DNA of 59,860 bases from Solimonas sp. (GTDB lineage Bacteria > Pseudomonadota > Gammaproteobacteria > Nevskiales > Nevskiaceae). This document shows, piece by piece, positions 39,607-51,158 of the stretch; the stretch's first letter is position 1, and the number at the start of each line of letters is the position of its first letter. The stretch spans positions 1 to 59,860 of the forward strand of contig JBFJJW010000001.1 in NCBI GenBank assembly GCA_041612095.1, written 5' to 3'. Below the pieces are notes generated by a model. It saw only the letters and a list, made by a program, of their open reading frames with translations, was not told the origin of the DNA and made no database searches. Position numbers and translations under genes: made by a program.

Positions 39607-39788
39607 AGCCGCACGTCCGACGCAGCTTGTGGAGGTTCAGCGGATGCGGCAGATTCGACGGGCATGCAGAAGCCGTATAGGTGATGAGGTATGGGGGCTG
39701 CGGCCACGGCATCGTACCATGAGGTCCTGGCGGCACAGGATGACCCGCCGCACCGCGAAGGTGGGGCGCGAAACGCGTGGGGGACGAC

Positions 39789-40742
39789 ATGAACAGAGCA
39801 TGGAGGGCCGGCGTCGGCGCCGCGTTGATCGCACTTGGCGCACCGGCGCTGGCACAGGGTCCGGGACTGCAGGCGGCCCGCGTGGTGGGCACGGTCGAGC
39901 GCGAGCGCGATTCCAGCTGGGCGTCACTGGATGTTGCCGCGCGCATCTACGACGGCGAGCGCATACGCACCGGCGAAAGCGGCCGGGCCGAACTGCTGCT
40001 GGCGGGCACCCACCCGCTCCAGCTCGGCAGCAGCGCCCTCGCATTGCTGTTCAGCAGCGAGCTTGCGAACCCGCCATCGCGCATGGGCCTGGCGCGGCTG
40101 GTACTAGAGCGGGGCGCGCTTTACGTCGATGCCGGCGGCCCCGGCAGTCGCGCTCCGGCCGACCTGCGGATCAACCTTGGTCAGTTGCGAATGCGGATTT
40201 TTGGCGCCGAGGCATGGATGGAGACCACGCCCGCTGGCGAGGAGGTCTGCCTGCTGCGGGGGGCCATCGAGATTCAGACCCCGAACGGCGCAGAGCGCCT
40301 AGATCAGCCCGGTTCATGCCTGCGCTGGGGCAGTGTAGGGGTGCAGCGCCTGGCGCCCGACAGTGTCGGGCCGCTGGACGCGCGGCTGGCGATGACCGCG
40401 CTGGCGTCGCAGCCTGCAGCACTGGCCACAGTCCCTGCAGAGCCACCCGATGGAAGCCCGACTCCGCCCGTGACCGCCGAGCCACCGGTCGCCACGGGGA
40501 GTGCGCGCAGCTGGCGACTGGTGCTGGCCTCGCTGCCCACCCAAGCCGCTGCCACCCAGGAGGCTGAGCGTCTGCTGGCGCAAGGCATCGACGTCGTCGT
40601 CGAGCCCGGCGAGGTCCGGGGGCGTACGACCTATCGCCTGACGTTTGGCGACTACAGCTCGCGGGCCGAGGCGCAGCAGGCCTTGCGCCACGAGCGCGAG
40701 CTCGCCGGGTTCCCGCGCGCCTGGCCATTGCAACTGCCGTGA
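39789..40742 (+). CDS. Secreted FecR-like plus SPOR domain protein
   Basis: Signal peptide; G++I.TG..G.AE FecR-like beta region; Pro-rich linker; C-terminal WRLVLAS…YRLTFGDYSSRAEA SPOR-like domain. Confidence 0.7.
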   Translation: MNRAWRAGVGAALIALGAPALAQGPGLQAARVVGTVERERDSSWASLDVAARIYDGERIRTGESGRAELLLAGTHPLQLGSSALALLFSSELANPPSRMGLARLVLERGALYVDAGGPGSRAPADLRINLGQLRMRIFGAEAWMETTPAGEEVCLLRGAIEIQTPNGAERLDQPGSCLRWGSVGVQRLAPDSVGPLDARLAMTALASQPAALATVPAEPPDGSPTPPVTAEPPVATGSARSWRLVLASLPTQAAATQEAERLLAQGIDVVVEPGEVRGRTTYRLTFGDYSSRAEAQQALRHERELAGFPRAWPLQLP

Positions 40743-41755
40743 GCAGGCCGCAGCTCTCCGTCGTCGTCCCCACCCTCAACGAAGCTGAACACCTGCCGCT
40801 GCTGCTGGCGGACCTTCGACAGCAGCAGGGCTTGAACCTGGAAATCGTGGTGGCCGATGGCGGCTCCAGCGACGATACCGTTGCGCTTGCGCGGGCCGCA
40901 GGTGTTGCGACGGTGGCGACCGCCGCCCGCGGACGTGCGCGCCAGATGAACGCGGGGGCCGCCGCCAGCACGGCAGCGACGCTGCTGTTCCTGCATGCCG
41001 ACAGCCGGCTTGAGGTCCCCAGCCTGCTGCGGCAGGCGATCGCGGCCCACGCTGCCGCGCGCACCGATGGCGGCTGCGTCGCCGGCCATTTTGCCGTGCG
41101 CTTCACCGATGGCAGTCCGCAGAATGCGGGGCTCTACGCGTGGCTGGCGGGCAAGTCCCGCAGCAACCGCCCGTACAGCATCAACGGCGATCAGGGGCTC
41201 CTGATCACGCGCAGCGATTTTGAGGCACTGGGCGGCTATCGCGCCGAACTGTCGGTACTGGAGGATCAGGATTTCGCCGCGCGCATCCGCCGCCACGGGC
41301 GCTGGCTGCTGCTGCCTGGAGCGCTGCTGACCTCAGCCCGCCGCTTCGAAGTCGAAGGCGCGGCGGCGCGCTACCAACTGATGGCGGTCATGATGGGGCT
41401 GTGGTCCGCCGGCTGCGACGCGTTCTTTGCGCGCGCACCGCAGGTCTATGCCCAGCAATCCCGGGCACAGCGGCTTGACCTCAAGCCTTTCGTGAAACTC
41501 GTTGCCGTCCTGCTCCGCGAACAAGGCCTTGGCGCGGCAGTGACGCTGTATCGCGTGGGTCGCTTTGTGCAGGAGAACACTTGGCAGCTGTTTCACTATC
41601 TGGACTGGCGCGGCGGCAATGAAGGTCGCTGGCTGCGGCGCTACGACCACTGGATCGAACCGCTGATTGCGCACCCGCTGGGCAACGCGGTTGCTGCCAT
41701 CATCACCGTCATCTGGTTCTTTGTGTGGCTGCCGCTGACGCTGCGTCGCGCATGA
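40739..41755 (+). CDS. Family 2 glycosyltransferase
   Basis: SVVVPTLNE, DGGSSD, GRARQMNAGA, FLHAD, GDQGL, ED, TSARRF; C-terminal TM. Confidence 0.88.
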   Translation: MSRPQLSVVVPTLNEAEHLPLLLADLRQQQGLNLEIVVADGGSSDDTVALARAAGVATVATAARGRARQMNAGAAASTAATLLFLHADSRLEVPSLLRQAIAAHAAARTDGGCVAGHFAVRFTDGSPQNAGLYAWLAGKSRSNRPYSINGDQGLLITRSDFEALGGYRAELSVLEDQDFAARIRRHGRWLLLPGALLTSARRFEVEGAAARYQLMAVMMGLWSAGCDAFFARAPQVYAQQSRAQRLDLKPFVKLVAVLLREQGLGAAVTLYRVGRFVQENTWQLFHYLDWRGGNEGRWLRRYDHWIEPLIAHPLGNAVAAIITVIWFFVWLPLTLRRA

Positions 41756-41782
41756 AAAAGGCGGGCATGATGCCCGCCTTTT
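41756..41782. terminator. Bidirectional terminator
   Basis: AAAAGGCGGGCA-TGA-TGCCCGCCTTTT between convergent genes. Confidence 0.88.
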
Positions 41783-41803
41783 ATCAATAGCCCGCGGCTT
41801 GCC

Positions 41804-43627
<1,824 letters not shown>

Positions 43628-43726
43628 GGGGTCCGACGCATTTGCTGCGGCGCATCAAAAAGGGCGCGCATTGTACGTTAGCGGCCTTGACAGTGCACCA
43701 CAGTGCCCCCTGCCCCCCGGCGAGCG

Positions 43727-44929
43727 TCAGGCGCTGAGCTGCACCGCAGCCGCGGCGGTTCTGGCCCTCTCGCGCGCCTGTTCGATGGAGTCGCCCAGCG
43801 CCAACGCCACCCCCATGCGGCGGCGTCCCGTCACTTCGGGCTTGCCGAACAGCCGGATCTGGGTATCAGCCTGCTGCAGCGCCTGCGCCAGCCCGTCATA
43901 GCGCGGCGCAGCGTGATGACCCTCAAACAGCAACGCGCAGGACGCCGCCGCGCCGCGGCCACGGATGTTGGGCAATGGCAGGCCCAGCACCGCGCGCACA
44001 TGCAGGGCGAATTCGGATAAGTCCTGTGAAATCAAGGTCACAAGACCGGTATCGTGGGGCCGCGGCGAGACCTCTGAGAAGATCACCTGCTCACCCTGCA
44101 CGAACAGCTCGACCCCGAACAGGCCCCGCCCGCCCAGCGCCTCGGTAATGGCGGCAGCGACCGCCTCCGCCTTTTTCAGCACCGCCGCCGGCATCGGATG
44201 GGGCTGCCAGGACTCGCGGTAGTCGCCATCAATCTGGAAGTGGCCGATCGGCGCGCAGAAGGACGTGCGGTCGCCGGACTCGCCAGGCCCGGCTGCGTGG
44301 CGCACCGTCAGCAGCGTGATCTCGTAATCAAAGGGCACGAACCCCTCGATGATCACGCGGCCGGCACCGGCGCGCCCGCCCGCTTGCGCGTAATCCCAGG
44401 CCTTGTGCAGATCGGCAGCGGTTTTGACCAGTGACTGGCCCTTGCCTGACGACGACATCACCGGCTTGATGACGCAGGGCATGCCCAAGGCCTCGATGGC
44501 CGCAGCATAGTCCTCGTAGGTATCGGCGAAGCGATAGGGCGAGGTCGGCAGCTGCAGCTGCTCCGCCGCCAGACGGCGGATGCCCTCGCGGTCCATCGTC
44601 AGTCGCGCGGCCTGGGCGGTCGGAATCACCGTGTAGCCCTCGCGCTCCAGCGCCTGCAAGGTCGGTGTGTGGATCGCCTCCAGCTCAGGCACGATGAAAT
44701 GCGGCCGCTCCAGTTCGATCACGCGCCGCACTTCCGCGCCATCGAGCATGCTGATGACGTGACTGCGGTGCGCAATCTGCATGGCCGGGGCATGGGCGTA
44801 GCGGTCTACCGCGATCACCTCGACGCCAAGGCGCTGCGCTTCAATCGCCACTTCCTTGCCCAGTTCGCCACTGCCGAGCAGCAACATCCGGGTCGCGCCC
44901 GCGGTCAGGGGAGTGCCAAGCATCGTCAT
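43727..44929 (-). CDS. purT: Formate-dependent phosphoribosylglycinamide formyltransferase
   Basis: [39 protein letters not shown]. Confidence 0.97.
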   Translation of the reverse strand: MTMLGTPLTAGATRMLLLGSGELGKEVAIEAQRLGVEVIAVDRYAHAPAMQIAHRSHVISMLDGAEVRRVIELERPHFIVPELEAIHTPTLQALEREGYTVIPTAQAARLTMDREGIRRLAAEQLQLPTSPYRFADTYEDYAAAIEALGMPCVIKPVMSSSGKGQSLVKTAADLHKAWDYAQAGGRAGAGRVIIEGFVPFDYEITLLTVRHAAGPGESGDRTSFCAPIGHFQIDGDYRESWQPHPMPAAVLKKAEAVAAAITEALGGRGLFGVELFVQGEQVIFSEVSPRPHDTGLVTLISQDLSEFALHVRAVLGLPLPNIRGRGAAASCALLFEGHHAAPRYDGLAQALQQADTQIRLFGKPEVTGRRRMGVALALGDSIEQARERARTAAAAVQLSA

Positions 44930-45032
44930 GGGGGTTCCTCTCCAGTTCGAATTCGCGTAGCCGGGGGCGCTTCCGCCACCACGCCGTCACCTGCGCAGGT
45001 TAAGCTAATTCTATTCAAGAGAACCCACTGAC

Positions 45033-46466
45033 ATGGCCCGCCGCACCAAGATCGTCGCTACTCTCGGCCCCGCAACCGATGACCCCAAAGTCCTGAAACG
45101 CCTGCTGGCCGCCGGGGTTGACGTGGTCCGCCTCAATTTCTCGCACGGCAAGGCCGAGGACCACCGCCGCCGCGCCGAGCAGGTGCGCGCCGTAGTCGCC
45201 GAGCTCAAGCTCGATGTCGGCATTCTTGCCGATCTGCAAGGCCCGAAGATCCGGATCGAATCGTTCGCCAATGGACCGGTCGAACTCCAGGAAGGGCAGA
45301 CCTTCACGCTTGACACCGCGCTTGGCACCAACGCCGGTGACGAGACCGTGGTGGGCTGCGCCTACCAGGACCTGCCGCGCGATGTGGCCCCCGGCAGCAC
45401 GCTGCTGCTCAACGACGGCGCCATCACCATGCGCGTGGACGCCGTAGAGGGCACTCGCGTGATCTGCACGGTTCTCGTGGGCGGCGCGCTGTCGGACCGC
45501 AAAGGCATCAACAAGCAGGGTGGCGGCCTGTCGGCAGCCGCGCTGACCGACAAGGACAAGGAAGATCTGCGCACCGCGGTGGCGCTGGACGTCGACTTCA
45601 TCGCCGTCTCGTTCCCGCGCAAGGCCGCCGATATGTGGGAAGCGCGCGGACTGGTCAAGGACGCAGGCGGCAACGCGCAGCTGGTCGCCAAGATCGAGCG
45701 TGCCGAAGCCCTCGCCGAATTGCGCGAGCTGATCGGCGCCAGCGATGTGGTGATGGTGGCGCGCGGAGACCTCGGCGTGGAGATCGGCGATGCCGAGTTG
45801 CCAGGCTGGCAGAAGCGCATCATTGCCGAGTCGCTCGAGCAGAACAAAATGGTCATCACCGCGACGCAGATGATGGAGTCGATGATCGCCAGCCCGATCC
45901 CGACTCGAGCCGAGGTGCTGGACGTCGCCAACGCCGTCATGGACGGCACCGACGCGGTGATGCTGTCGGCAGAGACCGCGGCGGGCAAGTACCCGGTAAA
46001 GGCCGTCGAGGCCATGGCGCGCGTCTGCATCGGCGCGGAGGCCAGCATGGAGATCAGCCCACGCCGCAGCGCTCAGCGCTTCAACACACACTTTGCGCGC
46101 ACCGACGAGGCCATTGCGATGGCCACCGCGTGGGCCGCGCGCAACATGCGCGCAACCGCGATCATCGCGCTGACCGAATCCGGCGCCACAGCACTGATGA
46201 TGTCTCGCACCGAAGCGCAGATTCCGATCTATGCGCTGACCCGCCACGAGCGCACGCGCCGGCGCATGGCCATGTGTCGAGGCGTGTTTCCGGTCGCGTT
46301 CGATCCCGCAGAGCTTGGCGGCCTGACGCAGGTGCGCGAGGCCATCGACTGCCTGAAGTCGCGCAATGTGGTTGCAGACGGCGATCGCGTGCTGGTGACC
46401 AAGGGCGATGGCTCCGGCTCCGGTGGCACCAATTCCATGAAGATCGTGAAGGTCGGCGAAGCCTGA
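45033..46466 (+). CDS. pyk: Pyruvate kinase
   Basis: RRTKIVATLGP, RLNFSHG, DLQGPKIR, MVARGDLGVE, DAVMLSAETA. Confidence 0.97.
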   Translation: MARRTKIVATLGPATDDPKVLKRLLAAGVDVVRLNFSHGKAEDHRRRAEQVRAVVAELKLDVGILADLQGPKIRIESFANGPVELQEGQTFTLDTALGTNAGDETVVGCAYQDLPRDVAPGSTLLLNDGAITMRVDAVEGTRVICTVLVGGALSDRKGINKQGGGLSAAALTDKDKEDLRTAVALDVDFIAVSFPRKAADMWEARGLVKDAGGNAQLVAKIERAEALAELRELIGASDVVMVARGDLGVEIGDAELPGWQKRIIAESLEQNKMVITATQMMESMIASPIPTRAEVLDVANAVMDGTDAVMLSAETAAGKYPVKAVEAMARVCIGAEASMEISPRRSAQRFNTHFARTDEAIAMATAWAARNMRATAIIALTESGATALMMSRTEAQIPIYALTRHERTRRRMAMCRGVFPVAFDPAELGGLTQVREAIDCLKSRNVVADGDRVLVTKGDGSGSGGTNSMKIVKVGEA

Positions 46467-46555
46467 CGGCCGTCTGGCAGCGGCCGACCAGGGGCTCCCG
46501 ATCCATCGGCGTCGGGCGTACCCTTGAGATTCGCGCGCCCGACCAGGAGCCTGCC

Positions 46556-47260
46556 ATGTCAGCCCTTCCCAGCTTCACCGTCATCGGCCACCGCGGCGCC
46601 CGCGGGCATGCCCCCGAGAACACGCTGCTGTCTGTGGACACGGCGATCCGCCTGGGCGCGCACTGGGTAGAAGTCGACGTCCAGCACCACGCCGGCGAGA
46701 TCTGGCTGATGCACGATCTCACGCTGGACAGAACGACCAATGGCCGCGGCCTGCTGACCGACCACAGCGCCGCACAACTACGCAGCTTCGATGCCGGTCA
46801 GGGCGAGCCGATTCCGACGCTGCCGGAAGTGCTGGACCTGGTCGAACAACGCGTGGGCATCAATATCGAACTCAAGAGCTGGAACGGCTGCGCCGCCGCG
46901 GTTGCTGCCTGCCTGCGCGAACGCCTCGCGGACGGCTGGCCGTCAAACCGGCTCATGGTGTCTTCGTTCCATCTGCCCGAACTGTGGGAGTTTCGGCAAA
47001 TGCTGCCGGAGGTGCCGGTGGCCGTGCTGTATTGCGGCGTGCCGCTGGACTGGGCCGGCATAGCGGTCGAGATGGGCGCGCGCTGCCTGCATCTGTCCGA
47101 CGAGTTTGTCGACGAGAAGCTGCTGGCCGATGCGCATGCGCGGGAACTGCGGGTCAACGTGTATACCGTCAACCATCCGGATGAGTTGCGCCGCATGCGC
47201 GCTCTGGGCGTGGACGGCGTATTCACCGATTTCCCCGAGCGCGCGCTGGCGCTGGCATAG
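46556..47260 (+). CDS. Glycerophosphodiester phosphodiesterase family protein
   Basis: IGHRGA…PENT, EVDV, NIELK, YTVN, GVDGVFTD; ATG 46556. Confidence 0.92.
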   Translation: MSALPSFTVIGHRGARGHAPENTLLSVDTAIRLGAHWVEVDVQHHAGEIWLMHDLTLDRTTNGRGLLTDHSAAQLRSFDAGQGEPIPTLPEVLDLVEQRVGINIELKSWNGCAAAVAACLRERLADGWPSNRLMVSSFHLPELWEFRQMLPEVPVAVLYCGVPLDWAGIAVEMGARCLHLSDEFVDEKLLADAHARELRVNVYTVNHPDELRRMRALGVDGVFTDFPERALALA

Positions 47261-47287
47261 GCGCCCAGCGCGCGTTCGGGCAGGCGC

Positions 47288-47731
47288 TTAGCCGCCCAGC
47301 AACTGCCTGACGACCGGCTCCATCGCGCGCAGACCCGCGGCGCGCCCTATATCCAGCGCGTCTTCCACACTTTTGCCGTGCAGCTGCTGCGCACGTAGCG
47401 CAAACAGCGCACCCACACGATTGCTGCTGGCGCAGTGCACCAGCACGGCAACGCCTGCATCGTCCAGTGCGGCGTCGAGCCGTTGCACGTTTTCCGCGCT
47501 CAGGTCGCCGGGGCCGGCAACTGGGATGTTGACGTAATCGAGCCCAAGCTCCCGTGCCAGTGCCGCCTCGTCATAGCCGATCGGCTCGCTGTGCGGGCGC
47601 AGATTGACGACGCGCCTGATCCCGCGATCGCGCGCGGCACGCAGCTGATCCGGGCTGGGTTGACCGGCGGTGGCGATGTCCGCAAACGGTTGACCGGCCT
47701 GCGGAAATTCTGGAAGCAGTGGGGTATGCAT
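47288..47731 (-). CDS. DUF442/phosphatase-like (sulfur-transferase-like) protein
   Basis: TAGQP, VVNLRP..E, VLVHCASSNR (CxxxxR-type loop); alternative start 47755. Confidence 0.8.
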   Translation of the reverse strand: MHTPLLPEFPQAGQPFADIATAGQPSPDQLRAARDRGIRRVVNLRPHSEPIGYDEAALARELGLDYVNIPVAGPGDLSAENVQRLDAALDDAGVAVLVHCASSNRVGALFALRAQQLHGKSVEDALDIGRAAGLRAMEPVVRQLLGG

Positions 47732-47792
47732 AGCGTCGGGGCTCAAAGAAGGCATGAGACGGAACGAGCAGCTTACTCGAGCCCGGGCGCCA

Positions 47793-47821
47793 AACAACAA
47801 GGCCGCCCGAAGGCGGCCTTG
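47793..47821 (-). terminator. Rho-independent terminator
   Basis: Minus strand CAAGGCCGCC-TTCG-GGCGGCCTTG then TTGTTT. Confidence 0.75.
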
Positions 47822-47853
47822 ATACGGACTGCTTGGCTGAATGGCCCTGCGGC

Positions 47854-48468
47854 TTAGCCGCCGTAGATCGCCTTGAACTTGGCCATGGCATCCGCCGGCT
47901 TGGCCTTGGCCGCAGCCTTGCAGTTCTGCACGAAGATCAGCGTCCTGCCCTCAGGGCCGGCACCAACCTGGGTGATGCCGCAGGGTACTTCGCCGGACTT
48001 CTGGAACGCCTGGAGGTCCTGGCCGTTCTCGAACACCCAGATCTTGCCGTGCTTATGGACCTCGCCGTAGAAGCCCTTGTCGATGCCGACCAGCTGGCCC
48101 TCGAACATCTTCTCGGCCGCGCCGCGGTAGCCCACGGTCTTCTCCATGGCCTTGGCTTCCTTCTTCAGCAGCCCCAGCTTCACGGTTTCGCCGCTCGGAC
48201 CGGCGCCGATCTTGGTCACAACCAGCGGAATTTCGTCGGTCTTCAGCCACTGCTGATAGGCCTCGAGGTCAGCCAGCACGTAGATGCGGCCTTCCTTGTG
48301 TACCTCGAAGTAGTCATCATTGTTTTGCGCTTCAGCAAGGCGCTTGGCCGCCAGCTCCTTGTCGTAAACCTTCTCGGCGTCGGCGCCCATCCAGCCGCCC
48401 GGCGTGCTGCAGCCGGCCAGCAAGGCAACCAGCACCGCGGCTACGGCGATCTGTGCGTTCTTCAACAT
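47854..48468 (-). CDS. Lipoprotein of unknown function with internal duplication
   Basis: Lipobox LLAGC; two copies of (Y/G)EVHKxG+IxV…GAGPxGxT. Confidence 0.8.
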   Translation of the reverse strand: MLKNAQIAVAAVLVALLAGCSTPGGWMGADAEKVYDKELAAKRLAEAQNNDDYFEVHKEGRIYVLADLEAYQQWLKTDEIPLVVTKIGAGPSGETVKLGLLKKEAKAMEKTVGYRGAAEKMFEGQLVGIDKGFYGEVHKHGKIWVFENGQDLQAFQKSGEVPCGITQVGAGPEGRTLIFVQNCKAAAKAKPADAMAKFKAIYGG

Positions 48469-48606
48469 GTCCATCTCCCTGGGGTATTTTTGAGCCGGAC
48501 AAGAATGACGCGCCTGTTTTGCAGTTGCGTGACAGCACCTCACCGGCCCTTTGCCGGAGAGGTCAGGCCCCCGGATGCCATCAATGCGGCGCAATTGCGG
48601 GGATAG

Positions 48607-49458
48607 CTAAGGTGCGGCCTGCGCAGAGAGCCAGTCGGCGGTCTCTCGCCACAGGCCGTCGCGCTGCGCCTCACGGAAGTACCCAAAGTGTCCGTAGGTG
48701 TGGCCGGCTTGGCGCTCGAGATGCCGATGTTCGATGTGCGCTGCAGGGTAGTGCGCGTGCAAGGCTTCGACCGCAGCCTTGGAGGCATAGCCGTCATCGG
48801 CGAAGCTGAACGACAGTATCGGCTGCTTCAACCTGGCGTAAGCGCCGATGTCGATCCGGTGCCGCGCGTCAAACAGATACCCGGGGGAGAGTCCCCACGC
48901 AGCCCATTGCCGCATCACGCTACTGGGAATATCCACCGAAGCAAACCCCAGCTTGCGCGCCGGAAACGTCCGGCCGCGACCCAGCAGCGGCACCAGTACG
49001 CGCCACATGAACTCGATCTGCATTCGGTCCTTGAGCGCGTAGCGCCGCGGGTATGGCGCCGAAGCAGCCACGAACACCATCGCGTCTAGCTCGCCAGCGC
49101 CCGCTGCAAGACCTGGAATTTGGCCGCCGACGCTGTGCCCTACCAGAAACAATCGGGGGGCTTGAAGTTCGGTACGCGCCGCGAGCAGCGCAGCCTGCAG
49201 ATCCTGGCGCCCCCAGTCGGCAAGCTTGATCTGATCGGCCGCGACCTCTGCGCCCGCGCCATCGATACCGCGATAGTCAAAGCACAGCGTGTCGTACCCC
49301 TCAAGCTGCAGAAACGCCGCAAACTTCTGATAGAAGCGCCGAGGTACGCCCAGCGCTGGCGCAATGACCACCGCTCCTCGCGGCCGCTCTGCAGCCCTTA
49401 GTACGGTAGCCGGAAGCGTGACGCCGTCGGCACAGGTCAGCGTGAGCGTAGCGGTCAT
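48607..49458 (-). CDS. Alpha/beta hydrolase
   Basis: FDYRG, GHSVGG nucleophile elbow, DD, GHFGYF. Confidence 0.9.
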   Translation of the reverse strand: MTATLTLTCADGVTLPATVLRAAERPRGAVVIAPALGVPRRFYQKFAAFLQLEGYDTLCFDYRGIDGAGAEVAADQIKLADWGRQDLQAALLAARTELQAPRLFLVGHSVGGQIPGLAAGAGELDAMVFVAASAPYPRRYALKDRMQIEFMWRVLVPLLGRGRTFPARKLGFASVDIPSSVMRQWAAWGLSPGYLFDARHRIDIGAYARLKQPILSFSFADDGYASKAAVEALHAHYPAAHIEHRHLERQAGHTYGHFGYFREAQRDGLWRETADWLSAQAAP

Positions 49459-49844
49459 GTCGGTGTATCCAGAAAGTAGCGGTACAGATCGTACGCGGCC
49501 ACCACGGCCAGGCCTAGACTGGCGACGAGATCGACGCGCACCACGCGCCGAATGGCGTCATTGCCACCCCCTTCCAGGCCGGCAATGGCGATGAAACTGA
49601 GCATGCTCAACAGCCCCACCCCCAGCGCGACGGGGCGCAGACCCGGCAGCGCGACCGCAGACACCAGCAGCATGCCTACGACAGAGAACAGCACGGCGCG
49701 ATGACGCAACAGTATGCGCAAGCTGGCGTCGTCCCCGTCGAACCCGTACAGCGCACGCAGATGATCGCCGCCCAGCACCCCGCTCACCGGAATCAGGTGC
49801 ACCAGTCCGACCAGCCCAATGATGACCATCGCGACGGTGTTCAT
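49455..49844 (-). CDS. Four-TM hypothetical membrane protein
   Basis: Hydrophobic ORF with H..P…LYG and LLRHRA; ATGA-coupled to the hydrolase. Confidence 0.75.
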   Translation of the reverse strand: MNTVAMVIIGLVGLVHLIPVSGVLGGDHLRALYGFDGDDASLRILLRHRAVLFSVVGMLLVSAVALPGLRPVALGVGLLSMLSFIAIAGLEGGGNDAIRRVVRVDLVASLGLAVVAAYDLYRYFLDTPT

Positions 49845-49848
49845 GGAG

Positions 49849-50163
49849 TCAGGCCAGCGCTGCGCGCTGCGGCGCCGTACCGAGACTGCCGATAAACAGA
49901 TACAGCAACGGCCCGAAGGAGCCCAAGGTCAGCGTCAACACGACATAGGGCCAGACGTTGCGTCCGCTACGGCGCGCATCGCCGAACATCCAGATCATGA
50001 CCAGCGCGCACGCGATCACCAGATCGACCCCGACCTGCCAACCCGCGCTGCTGACCAGCAGGTGTTCGAAGATTCCGAGATAGCCGACGTCCATCACGGC
50101 ATAGCCGGTCAGCACTGCGAAAGCCGCCAGAATCAGCCCGAGTACGAGTGTTTTCCAGTTCAT
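49849..50163 (-). CDS. Small membrane protein (DUF2834-like)
   Basis: DLVIAC…WM..DARR…GSFGPLLY; AGGAG RBS. Confidence 0.75.
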   Translation of the reverse strand: MNWKTLVLGLILAAFAVLTGYAVMDVGYLGIFEHLLVSSAGWQVGVDLVIACALVMIWMFGDARRSGRNVWPYVVLTLTLGSFGPLLYLFIGSLGTAPQRAALA

Positions 50164-50244
50164 TGTTGAATCTCCTGTGTTGTGATGTCGACCGCCGACC
50201 CATGAGTCGCGGCAGCCAGAGATTGGCGCCGACGGTGCGGCGAT

Positions 50245-50267
50245 TCAATTACGCCCCAGGTAATCGA
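50245..50267. promoter_or_regulatory. Palindromic operator, probably for the adjacent XRE regulator
   Basis: TCAATTAC-N7-GTAATCGA in the divergent spacer. Confidence 0.6.
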
Positions 50268-50297
50268 CTGACTGAATCTGCGTGCCACAATGCACCC

Positions 50298-51119
50298 ATG
50301 CAAACGCATTCCGACCACGCTCCGTTCGGCGATCTCTTGCGCGGCACACGCCGCTCCAGGCGGCTGTCGCAGCTGGATCTGGCGCTACAGGCCGAGGTGT
50401 CGCAGCGGCATCTGAGCTTCCTTGAATCGGGCCGCGCCAGACCCAGCCGCGAAATGGTGCTGCAGCTGGCTGCAACGCTGGACTTGCCGCTACGTGATCG
50501 CAACCGCTGGCTGCAGAGTGCAGGCTATGCGGGCATCTATCCGCAGCGCGCACTCGACGCCCACGAGATGCAGCCGGTGCGCGCAGCGCTTGAGCTACTC
50601 CTGAAGCATCACGAGCCGCTGCCGGCCGTAGTCTGCGATCGCGCTTGGAATCTGTTTATGGCCAATTCGGCGGTCAACAGGGTCTTCGGTCTGCTCGGTG
50701 ATCTGGACAGTATCTGGCAGGCGGTCTGTGGCGACGGCCCGCGCAACCTGCTCAAGATGACCTTCCACGAGCAGGGCATGCGCCCTTACATCGTCAACTT
50801 CGAGGAAGTCGCCAAAGCATTGCTGGCACACACCGCACGCGAGGCACAGCAGCATCCCCAGGTTGAGGCGGTGTTGGACGACATCCTGCGCTATCCGAAC
50901 CTGCCGGCCGGGCTGCATCAGATCGACCTGGAGCATCGCGCGCCACCGGTGCTGCCGACGCACTTTCGTGTACATGGTGTCGACCTGCACCTGTTCTCGA
51001 TGGTCACCACCTTCGGCACACCGCAGGACCTGACGACCGACGAGTTGCGCGTCGAGAGCTTCTTCCCGGCGAACGAGGCCAGTGCCGCGCTGTTGAGAAC
51101 ACTGGCCGGAAGCGCCTGA
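50298..51119 (+). CDS. XRE-family HTH regulator with MmyB-like ligand-binding domain
   Basis: SQLDLA..AEVSQRHLSFLESGR, PAVVCDRAWN, TTFGTP.D.T.DELRVESFFP. Confidence 0.92.
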   Translation: MQTHSDHAPFGDLLRGTRRSRRLSQLDLALQAEVSQRHLSFLESGRARPSREMVLQLAATLDLPLRDRNRWLQSAGYAGIYPQRALDAHEMQPVRAALELLLKHHEPLPAVVCDRAWNLFMANSAVNRVFGLLGDLDSIWQAVCGDGPRNLLKMTFHEQGMRPYIVNFEEVAKALLAHTAREAQQHPQVEAVLDDILRYPNLPAGLHQIDLEHRAPPVLPTHFRVHGVDLHLFSMVTTFGTPQDLTTDELRVESFFPANEASAALLRTLAGSA

Positions 51120-51158
51120 GCTTCAGTTCGGATCAGGCGAGCCAAGGCCGACTTCTGA

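Noticed and set aside
39607-39788. tmRNA-like GATTCGACGGG and riboswitch-like small hairpins
   Set aside because: The spacer is too short for tmRNA, has no tRNA-like ends, and riboswitch consensus elements are missing
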